A stretch of 64,000 bases of DNA from an uncultured Flavobacteriaceae bacterium (GCA_905181615.1 CAJIYH010000001.1:86082-150081), one strand, 5' to 3'. Shown: positions 43,491 through 52,980, counted from the stretch's first letter. Numbers and translations: made by a program. The notes: generated by a model from the letters alone, not told the origin.

Positions 43491-43681
43491 AAAATAATTT
43501 AAAGTTATATCGAACAAAGTCTGGATATACACAAGAAGATATTTCAAAAAAAATTGGTGTTTCTAGACAAACAATCAATTCCATTGAAAATAATAGATTT
43601 CATCCCTCAATACTATTGTGTTTGAAACTTTCAAAAGAATTGGATTGTCGGTTAGAAGATTTGTTTTTTCTTGAAAGTTGA
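43487..43681 (+). CDS. XRE/Cro-C1-type helix-turn-helix transcriptional regulator
   Basis: 64 aa. SGYTQEDISKKIGVSRQTINSIENNRFHPS is a canonical HTH_3 pattern. Confidence 0.85.
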   Translation: MKNNLKLYRTKSGYTQEDISKKIGVSRQTINSIENNRFHPSILLCLKLSKELDCRLEDLFFLES

Positions 43682-43698
43682 TGTAAAAAAAGTTGAAA

Positions 43699-43714
43699 GG
43701 GTAAGGTTAACCGT
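43699..43714. repeat. Right arm of the 15/16-nt inverted repeat
   Basis: GGGTAAGGTTAACCGT lies 17 nt after the XRE gene stop. Confidence 0.8.
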
Positions 43715-43789
43715 ATAGTAAGAATAAACCATCACTGTTGAGTATCCAACTACTAAATTATTAAGTACTTAAGTCGATTTTTGAACCTT

Positions 43790-43987
43790 CTATTTTTTAA
43801 ATAAATTGTACATTAGAAGTAGAAAAAACACGATAACACAGGTGTAAGTTATTATATCTATTATCATGTGTTCAATCAAACCTTCAAGAAAGTAACCGTT
43901 TATAATTACTATAAACATACATATGGACATGATCTTTCCAGTCCCTTTTGGTTCACTCCCAAGTCCTAATAATTTCCAGTATTTCAT
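43790..43987 (-). CDS. Hypothetical 65-aa two-TM protein
   Basis: ORF with two hydrophobic segments. A candidate -7 box (reverse complement TAGTTTTG) lies at 44038-44045. Coding status is uncertain. Confidence 0.35.
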   Translation of the reverse strand: MKYWKLLGLGSEPKGTGKIMSICMFIVIINGYFLEGLIEHMIIDIITYTCVIVFFLLLMYNLFKK

Positions 43988-44103
43988 TATCTAATAGTTT
44001 TCAGGTTCTCTTTTTAATAGTTAAACGTCTAAATATACAAAACTATAAAATTTGATTATTTTTAAGCTTTCTTAAGAATGATTAATCTTTAATAGATTTC
44101 AAT

Positions 44104-44111
44104 TACATTTG
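44104..44111 (+). promoter_or_regulatory. Bacteroidota-type -7 promoter box (TAnnTTTG) for the CDGSH ORF
   Basis: TACATTTG lies 16 nt upstream of the ATG at 44128. Confidence 0.4.
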
Positions 44112-44127
44112 TGTAAAGAATTTTAAT

Positions 44128-44304
44128 ATGGAAAAAGAAAACACAAAAATCACAATAAAACCAAACGGACAAATAGCGATACAAGGTTCTGTAGATATAG
44201 TCGACATAGAAGGAAATGAAATAAAGCATGCCCCAAGATTTGCTTTATGTGGATGTTCAAAATCCAGTAATAAGCCTTTTTGTGATGGCTCTCACAACGC
44301 ATAA
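44128..44304 (+). CDS. CDGSH-type iron-sulfur domain mini-protein (58 aa)
   Basis: My own translation is MEKENTKITIKPNGQIAIQGSVDIVDIEGNEIKHAPRFALCGCSKSSNKPFCDGSHNA. It matches C-x-C-x2-S-x3-P-x-C-D-G-S-H exactly and is below the ORF-track length cutoff. Confidence 0.8.
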   Translation: MEKENTKITIKPNGQIAIQGSVDIVDIEGNEIKHAPRFALCGCSKSSNKPFCDGSHNA

Positions 44305-44335
44305 ATACTCTTTATTTAGAGGATACATATATTTA

Positions 44336-46258
44336 ATGAATTTAAGAACCCAAGAATTCCGAGTACTGCTTTATCGCTTTTCTTTGGGATACTTGTTTTA
44401 TTTCATAGCCCGAAGTCTTTTCGTTATTTTCAACATCGACTTGCTAGAAGTCGATTCATTTATAGGGTTTGTATTACTCTGCTTTTATGGATTAACTTTT
44501 GATACGGCCGCACTTTTTTACTTAAATGCAATTTTCTTATTAGCCTCGATTCTACCGGGGACGTTTACAACCTCTAAAGCCTACCAAAAAGGGCTTTTTT
44601 GGATCTATATGGGATTCAATGCTGTCGGTTTAGGAATGAACTTTATCGATATCATATATTATCGATTTAATCTAAATAGACTTACAAGCAAGGCGTTTGA
44701 GGTTTTAGAAAACGAAACCAATGGTTTTGCATTAATGTCATCCTTTGTATTGGACTATTGGTATGTTTTTGGTTTGTATGGATTGTCTATTTTTTTATGG
44801 TCAAAAGCATATAAATTATTTAAGGTTAAAAGGGTTAAAGCGGATCATATACCTTCCTATATTTTTTCGTCTATCGTTATATTTTTAATTACCGCGGCAA
44901 CATCTATAATTGGAATTCGTGGAGACTGGAGGCACAGTACTCGACCAATTACGTTAGTTCATGCAATGGAAAAAGTTAAACATCCTTCTCAAGCAGATGT
45001 TGTGCTTAATTCCCCTTTTGCATTTATTAGAACCTACGGAAAAAACAGTTTCTCCTATTCCGATGAATTTGAAGAAGCTGAAATAGAAGAAATAATTAAA
45101 CCCATAAAAACGTACACTCCATCTACAGAATTTGACACTCCACCAAACGTTGTGGTTTTTATATTGGAGAGTTTTGGGAGAGAATATTGGGGTTCTATGA
45201 ATGGTTCGTCTGGAATTGAAAACTTTGAAAGTTTTACTCCTTTTCTAGATTCCTTAGCGCAACACAGCCTTGTGTTTTCAAATGGTTTTGCAAACAGCAG
45301 GAAGTCCATTCACGGAATGCCTTCTGTATTGGCAGGAGTTCCTTCTTTCGAAACCGCTTATACTTCTTCACAATACGCAAACCAACCCATTCAATCACTG
45401 GTTTCAATCACCAAAGAAATGGGATATTCAACTTCTTTTTTTCATGGTGCACCAAACGGATCAATGGGCTTCTTAGGATTTTCAAAAGCTTTAGGATTTG
45501 ATTCTTACGTTGGGAAAAATGAATACAATAACGAAGCTGATTTTGACGGTATTTGGGGAATTTGGGACGAGCCCTTTTTTCAATACACACAAAAAAAATT
45601 ATCAGAAGAACAAACGCCGTTCTTAGCAACTGTTTTTTCTGTAAGTTCTCACGCACCTTTTAAAATTCCTGACCAATACAAAGGAAAGTTTAAAGCGGGG
45701 TATATTCAAATGCACGAATGTATTCAATACACAGATTATGCTATTGAACAATTTATAGCTTCGAGTAAAAATGAACCTTGGTTTGATAACACGCTCTTTG
45801 TATTCACTGCAGATCACGGAAATCAATCATATTATGAGTTATATCAAAAAACCATCAATCGATTTGCAACACCAATTATGTTTTACGCACCAGGGAAATC
45901 TTGGAGTGAAGAAAATTTCGAATTGGTTCAGCACATGGATATTATGCCTACTGTTGCTCAGTTAATTGGATATAAAAAACCCATTCGAAGTTGGGGAAGG
46001 AGTCTTGTTAGTGCCGACAAATCTTCTTTAGTGGTCAATTATTTTGGGGCGGGCACTTACTTCTTTATGAATGAAGAATATATTTGTATTTATAATGGTA
46101 CAGGTGCTACAGGGTTTTATAAAAACGATGATCTTGGGCTTGAAAAAAACCTAATCAAAGAACGAAATGAACTGATGGACGCTTTAGAAGAAAAAGGCAA
46201 AATGTTTCTTCAAGATTATAATAAAAGAATTGTCACAGGAAATCTTGGGGCTGATTAA
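44336..46258 (+). CDS. LTA-synthase-family (sulfatase-fold) phosphoglycerol/phosphoethanolamine-type transferase
   Basis: N-terminal multi-TM region plus an extracytoplasmic alkaline-phosphatase-superfamily domain (VVFILESF, TADHG). The ATG at 44336 is chosen because the 44228 start would overlap the CDGSH ORF. Confidence 0.85.
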   Translation: MNLRTQEFRVLLYRFSLGYLFYFIARSLFVIFNIDLLEVDSFIGFVLLCFYGLTFDTAALFYLNAIFLLASILPGTFTTSKAYQKGLFWIYMGFNAVGLGMNFIDIIYYRFNLNRLTSKAFEVLENETNGFALMSSFVLDYWYVFGLYGLSIFLWSKAYKLFKVKRVKADHIPSYIFSSIVIFLITAATSIIGIRGDWRHSTRPITLVHAMEKVKHPSQADVVLNSPFAFIRTYGKNSFSYSDEFEEAEIEEIIKPIKTYTPSTEFDTPPNVVVFILESFGREYWGSMNGSSGIENFESFTPFLDSLAQHSLVFSNGFANSRKSIHGMPSVLAGVPSFETAYTSSQYANQPIQSLVSITKEMGYSTSFFHGAPNGSMGFLGFSKALGFDSYVGKNEYNNEADFDGIWGIWDEPFFQYTQKKLSEEQTPFLATVFSVSSHAPFKIPDQYKGKFKAGYIQMHECIQYTDYAIEQFIASSKNEPWFDNTLFVFTADHGNQSYYELYQKTINRFATPIMFYAPGKSWSEENFELVQHMDIMPTVAQLIGYKKPIRSWGRSLVSADKSSLVVNYFGAGTYFFMNEEYICIYNGTGATGFYKNDDLGLEKNLIKERNELMDALEEKGKMFLQDYNKRIVTGNLGAD

Positions 46259-46260
46259 AG

Positions 46261-47145
46261 ATGAAAGATAAAATACATTTTATTGTAAATTCTCGATTAG
46301 TTAAAGCAAAGACTATTCTTGAGAGGGAGTTGAAAAACAACTCCTATTGGGAAAATAATCATGAAGTTTTTGTGTGGGAATCTTTATACAAAGGTCATGC
46401 TCTTGAGCTTACGCAAAAAGCAATTCGAGACGATTCTAAAACCGTTGTATCTTGTGGTGGCGACGGTACAATAAACGAAATTGGACGTTATTTAATTGAA
46501 ACCGACATACCTTTAGGGATAGTTCCTTTGGGCTCGGGTAATGGCTTTGCGCGACACTTTAAAATACCATTAAACATAAGAGCTGCGCTTCAGGTTATTC
46601 AGGCCAAAACACGAGTTTCTATCGATGCAGGTTTAATTAATCAACATTTTTTTCTTTCTAATGTTGGAGTTGGTTTTGAAGCTCACTTTATTAATTCGTA
46701 TCAAAAAAAGTCAACACGGGGGTTTATTTCATATTGTAAGGCAATTGTAGTTGCCCTTAGAGCCTTTATAGTTAATAAACACAGGATTTATTATGCTGAT
46801 AAAGCCCGAGAAATCACCCCATTTTCTTTAATGGTCTCAAACACCAATCAGTTTGGGTATAATTTTTCACTTACTCCTGAGTCTTCTATTTCGGATGGGA
46901 AGTTAGAATTGATTATTTTTAAAAGCAAGTCAGTTTTGGCTCTTTTTAAACTGTTTTTTGCCAGTCGATTTGGCGTCAAATTATCTCAAGATTTATTAGA
47001 AATCATACCCGTTTCCAAAGTTAGAATTGCTCTTGAATCTAGCGAATTCTTGTTTCAGTTTGATGGAGAAATTAATCAATGTAGCTCGAAAGAAATAGTT
47101 GTTCAATTACACCCCAGAAAACTAAAAGTATGGGTGCCAAGCTAA
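46261..47145 (+). CDS. Diacylglycerol-kinase-family lipid kinase (YegS/DgkB/BmrU type)
   Basis: GGDGTINE and PLGSGNGFAR motifs. The start is 2 nt after the upstream stop. Confidence 0.85.
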   Translation: MKDKIHFIVNSRLVKAKTILERELKNNSYWENNHEVFVWESLYKGHALELTQKAIRDDSKTVVSCGGDGTINEIGRYLIETDIPLGIVPLGSGNGFARHFKIPLNIRAALQVIQAKTRVSIDAGLINQHFFLSNVGVGFEAHFINSYQKKSTRGFISYCKAIVVALRAFIVNKHRIYYADKAREITPFSLMVSNTNQFGYNFSLTPESSISDGKLELIIFKSKSVLALFKLFFASRFGVKLSQDLLEIIPVSKVRIALESSEFLFQFDGEINQCSSKEIVVQLHPRKLKVWVPS

Positions 47146-47153
47146 AAATTAGG

Positions 47154-48497
47154 CTATACCAGTTTCCAAATATTATACCCTATCCAAACTAGAACAAAAC
47201 CAACAGACCCTTGCAAGAAAGTGGCCCAGGTGTGATGCTTATATGCGGTTTTTACGTCTAACCCTCCAATTTGCGAAACAATCCAAAAATAGGAATCATT
47301 AGCATGTGAAACGGTCATAGAGCCAACACCTAAAGCCATAATTACCCAAACTTTCCCCATTTCAGAGTCCATTCCCAAAGTAGGTAGTAGCGGAAATACA
47401 ATCGATGAAGTTGTAATGATTGCTACGGTAGATGACCCTTGTGCGGTTTTCAAGACTGCAGCAATAACAAATGGAATTACTATTCCCCATTGTGGATTTA
47501 CCATTGCATTTTCTAGATAAGAGGTTATGGGTATCTGTTGAATGACCGCTCCTAGTACACCTCCCATTCCAGTTATAATTAGTATAGGTGCCGCAGCTTT
47601 TATTCCAAGCTCTATAGAACTCCCCAGCTTTAGATTTCCATAAGTAAGCAACATAAAACTAAACAAAACTCCAATCAAGAGAGCGTTCATAGGGGTGCTT
47701 ATTAATACCACAAAATCAACGATTAATTCATTTTCAACTGCTGTTGAATTAAGGTTCAATAACGTTCCCAGTGCCATTAAAATAATGGGCAGAACTATAG
47801 GAGCTAAAGCCAGGTGCAAAGGAGGCAAACGCATTTTCTTTTCAATCGTTTTTACTTTTCTAGACTTGATACTGGCATCTTTATGCTTAGGGTTTTTTGA
47901 AATAGAATATGAGTAAAATGCACCAACTAAAATCAAAATAAAGGCGAGTGCTCCTCCAACACAAATTAACAAAAACAAATTTTCCATTTCTAAATTAGCT
48001 GCAGCAGCGAGAGGTCCAGGTGTTGGCGGAACAAGAACATGTGGAGCGAATAATCCAGTGGACAAAGCAATAGTTAATGCAAGTTTGGAGGTGTTTTTTT
48101 TTTCGGCTAAAGACTTGTTTAGGGAAGACAATATTACAAATGCCGAATCACAAAAAACAGGAATAGAAACAACATATCCAATGCAACTAACGGCAAAGGG
48201 AAGAGGGAGCCTTTTAAGTAATTTGATAAGTGAATTTGCAATGGTGTGTGTTGCGTTTGTTTTTTCTAAAACAACCCCAATAATGGTTCCATACACTACT
48301 AACAAACCAATGCTTTGAAAGGTTTTTCCAAACCCTTCCCCAAAAACTTGTGGAATATCCTCTAATGGAAGGCGTAACGAAAATGCAAGGAAAAAGCTAG
48401 CTGCAAGCAAAACAAGAAAAGGATGTAGCTTAAGCTTAGTTGCTCCAACTATAATCCAGACAATTGTAATTAAAATAAGGCTGAACTCCGTTATCAT
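47154..48497 (-). CDS. GntP family permease
   Basis: 447-aa polytopic protein with GntP-like N-terminal and C-terminal conserved segments. Confidence 0.8.
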   Translation of the reverse strand: MITEFSLILITIVWIIVGATKLKLHPFLVLLAASFFLAFSLRLPLEDIPQVFGEGFGKTFQSIGLLVVYGTIIGVVLEKTNATHTIANSLIKLLKRLPLPFAVSCIGYVVSIPVFCDSAFVILSSLNKSLAEKKNTSKLALTIALSTGLFAPHVLVPPTPGPLAAAANLEMENLFLLICVGGALAFILILVGAFYSYSISKNPKHKDASIKSRKVKTIEKKMRLPPLHLALAPIVLPIILMALGTLLNLNSTAVENELIVDFVVLISTPMNALLIGVLFSFMLLTYGNLKLGSSIELGIKAAAPILIITGMGGVLGAVIQQIPITSYLENAMVNPQWGIVIPFVIAAVLKTAQGSSTVAIITTSSIVFPLLPTLGMDSEMGKVWVIMALGVGSMTVSHANDSYFWIVSQIGGLDVKTAYKHHTWATFLQGSVGFVLVWIGYNIWKLV

Positions 48498-48577
48498 AAA
48501 ATTTATTTCTACTAAAATAAGAGAATATTTGATGACTCTAATTTTATTATTTCCATATCTTTAAAAAATCATAACTT

Positions 48578-49033
48578 ATGAAACAACATCTTTCAATTTT
48601 AGCTCATAACAGAGCGATTTATTCTCGTTTTCTGAAGAGTTTTTCTTTAGAACAACTCAATTCCGTTCCCAAGGGTTTTAATAATAACATCATTTGGAAT
48701 GTTGCACACGCTTTGGTCACTCAACAATCGATCATGTATTCCCTTTCGGGCTTACCGGCTTTAGTTCCCCAAGAATGGGTCGATGGTTATCGAAAAGGCA
48801 CAAGGCCAGAAGGCGATGTTAGTCAAGAATTTGTTACGGCAATCGACGAAGCATTGACCTTAACAATGGATCAGCTACAAAAAGATTTGGAAGCAGGTAT
48901 TTTCGAAAACTTTCAGCCTTATACTACAACAACTAAAATGGAATTAAGTTCTATAGAAACAGCCTTCCCTTTTGTTTTGTTTCATGACGGAGTCCACATA
49001 GGATCTGTTTTGGCTTTGGCTAAATTGGTTTAA
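48578..49033 (+). CDS. DinB family protein
   Basis: 151 aa with a four-helix DinB-like His pattern (NVAHAL..., FHDGVHIG). Confidence 0.75.
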   Translation: MKQHLSILAHNRAIYSRFLKSFSLEQLNSVPKGFNNNIIWNVAHALVTQQSIMYSLSGLPALVPQEWVDGYRKGTRPEGDVSQEFVTAIDEALTLTMDQLQKDLEAGIFENFQPYTTTTKMELSSIETAFPFVLFHDGVHIGSVLALAKLV

Positions 49034-49989
49034 AGGGCAGCTATAGAATTTACAATTTGTTCAGCATGCACTCTGGAGTTTTCAATAAACCACCTGTTTG
49101 TTTTTAATCCCCCACATACAACACCAGCAAGGTAAACTCCTTTTTGACTGGATTCCATAGTGCGTTCATTATAAACGGGAGTTTTATACTCATCTGTCTG
49201 AAATGAAACCCCTAGCGACCCTAAAAGAGTAAAGTCTGGCTGGTAACCGGTCATTGCTAAAACAAAATCATTTGGAATTTCTAGTGTCTCGTTTTTGGTT
49301 TTAATACGAACACTTTTGTGTTTAATCTCAACCAAATTTGATTCAAAATACGCAGGAATACTCTCTTCCTTTATTCGGTTTAAGATATCAGGTCGTGCCC
49401 AGTACTTGACGTTTGATCCAACTTCTTTTTCACGAACAACAAGGGTTACGCTTTTTGCTCCTTTTCTATAGGTTTCTAATGCAACATCTACAGCTGAGTT
49501 TGCTGCCCCTACAATCACAATATCCATACCGAAATATGGATGGGCCTCTTTATAGTAGTGAGTTACCTTTTCCAGTTCTTCGCCAGGAATATTAAGTTTA
49601 TAGGGGAGATCATAAAAGCCTGTTGCAAGCACTATGTTTTTTGTGGTGTAATTTTTTTTTGTGGTTTGAATTTTAAATCCACCTGTGGTTTTCTTAAAAG
49701 AAACAACGCCTTCATAAAGATTAACATTCAACTCCCAGGAAGATGTAACGCGCCTGTAGTATTCAAGAGCTTCTGCACGAGTTGGTTTCGGGTTAAAAGA
49801 TATGAAAGGAATCTTACCAATCTCTAAACGGTCTGAGGTAGAAAAAAAAGTCATGTTTTGTGGGTAATTATATATAGAATTTACCAAAACGCCTTTTTCA
49901 ATGATGGTATATTTAAGCCCTTTTTTTTTAGCTTCAATCCCACATGCCAATCCAATAGGGCCTGCACCAATAATGATCAAATCTTCCAT
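49030..49989 (-). CDS. YpdA-family FAD/NAD(P) oxidoreductase (putative bacillithiol disulfide reductase)
   Basis: IIIGAGPIGLACGIEA dinucleotide fold, a second GAANSAVD site and a YpdA-like length of 319 aa. Confidence 0.8.
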   Translation of the reverse strand: MEDLIIIGAGPIGLACGIEAKKKGLKYTIIEKGVLVNSIYNYPQNMTFFSTSDRLEIGKIPFISFNPKPTRAEALEYYRRVTSSWELNVNLYEGVVSFKKTTGGFKIQTTKKNYTTKNIVLATGFYDLPYKLNIPGEELEKVTHYYKEAHPYFGMDIVIVGAANSAVDVALETYRKGAKSVTLVVREKEVGSNVKYWARPDILNRIKEESIPAYFESNLVEIKHKSVRIKTKNETLEIPNDFVLAMTGYQPDFTLLGSLGVSFQTDEYKTPVYNERTMESSQKGVYLAGVVCGGLKTNRWFIENSRVHAEQIVNSIAAL

Positions 49990-50168
49990 AAATCAAAAGT
50001 AAATAAAGGACTGTTAACTTCTAGCACCAGAAGACCATTTTTTTAAATAACTAATACCTATAGTTATTAATTAACAATCAATTTAACTTATTTATATGTA
50101 TATATTAAAAAATTACTAGTCGTTTAAGGGTGTTTTTTATAATTAATTATAATTTTTTATTATAATTT

Positions 50169-51224
50169 TTATTTTAAAGTAGATATAACTTCTTGTCTTA
50201 GGTATAAAAGCACTAAAGACCCTATAAATAATGACACTCCTAAATATATACCTTCAAAATAAATACCGAAAAGAAGAAGAATTACCCACCAAAGCGCAAA
50301 AATAATTAGGCCAAAAAGGTATTTAATAGCGTTGTGAAATACTACATCAGAAAAGAGCCTAACCACTTTTCGTATCATCAGTAACGGGATTATGTTTAAA
50401 AGTCCAAGCAGTTTTATAACGACGTTTAGTGATTTCCCTCCGGATTTAGCTTGTTTTAATTTCGATTGCTCATTTACAAGCGCTTCTTTAAATTCAAAAA
50501 ACCCCAGCTTAGAATTTAAGATATGTACATACTTTTTCTTTTCTAAATAGGAGTCATCTTTGTCAGGAAGCCAAAGGCATTTTTTCATACCAACCTCTAA
50601 GGCATCTCTCAATTTATTAATAGTGACACCCTTATTTTCTTTATAATCATTTAAAAAACTTCCAACTAAAAGGGCCTTACCATAAACAATATGCACTTCT
50701 TGCCACGGCATTTGATGATGGGAATAGTTTATCCCAACAGGAACAATATACATTTGAGTTTTGGGATATTTTTCTTGTGCTTCCAATGCAAGTCTGCTGC
50801 TTCCCTTTGACAATCGTTTCAAAAAATACTCATTGTGATGACTCCCTTCAGAAAACATCATTAATTTTTTTTTATCTCTTAATAAGTCATAGCACATTTC
50901 AAATATTACATTGTTTTTTTTAAGACTACTGAAGCCGTCTCTAATCCGATATACAGGCAACATTTTTAGGGCATCAAGGAACCAATGAAAGGGACCTCTA
51001 AAAATATCACTTCTAGTAAGTGGGTTGAGTTCGTGTCCACAAGTTGTTCCTACAAGTAAAGGATCTAAAAAAGCTCCTTGATGATTTGGAGAAAAAATTA
51101 GACCTGAATTTTTTGGTATATTCTCAAGCCCATACACCCTTACTTTTTTGAAATAAAAATGATTGTAGCATTTCAAAAGCACAAGTATTGTTTTGTAAAA
51201 AAGAGTTTTCATAAACCATGACAT
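50169..51224 (-). CDS. Lysophospholipid/1-acyl-sn-glycerol-3-phosphate acyltransferase family protein with C-terminal TM region
   Basis: PNHQGAFLDP acyltransferase block and FSEGSH block; hydrophobic C-terminal third. Confidence 0.75.
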   Translation of the reverse strand: MSWFMKTLFYKTILVLLKCYNHFYFKKVRVYGLENIPKNSGLIFSPNHQGAFLDPLLVGTTCGHELNPLTRSDIFRGPFHWFLDALKMLPVYRIRDGFSSLKKNNVIFEMCYDLLRDKKKLMMFSEGSHHNEYFLKRLSKGSSRLALEAQEKYPKTQMYIVPVGINYSHHQMPWQEVHIVYGKALLVGSFLNDYKENKGVTINKLRDALEVGMKKCLWLPDKDDSYLEKKKYVHILNSKLGFFEFKEALVNEQSKLKQAKSGGKSLNVVIKLLGLLNIIPLLMIRKVVRLFSDVVFHNAIKYLFGLIIFALWWVILLLFGIYFEGIYLGVSLFIGSLVLLYLRQEVISTLK

Positions 51225-51307
51225 TATCAGACATGAATTTAAAAATAATTCAGAAAATACGCTTTGTTTCCAAAGCTATTTTTGATGACTTATTTTTAAG
51301 CCTTTGA

Positions 51308-52975
<1,668 letters not shown>

Positions 52976-52980
52976 TAAAT

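Noticed and set aside
44228-44335. 36-codon N-terminal extension of the LtaS-like ORF
   Set aside because: It overlaps, in another frame, a perfectly motif-matching CDGSH ORF. The hydrophobic N-terminus of the LtaS-like protein starts naturally at the ATG at 44336.
42623-44335. Intact Tn7-like or other transposon at the glmS site
   Set aside because: There are no transposase, TnsABCD-like or integrase ORFs and no recognisable multi-copy end-binding repeats. Only a short recombinase-like relic and one inverted repeat pair are present, so I call it a remnant, not a mobile element.
50041-50168. AT-rich repeats and a small palindrome (AATAACTA...TAGTTATT) between ypdA and the acyltransferase gene
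   Set aside because: These are short, low-complexity AT repeats in a promoter/terminator gap, compatible with ordinary regulatory DNA. There is nothing specific to follow up.
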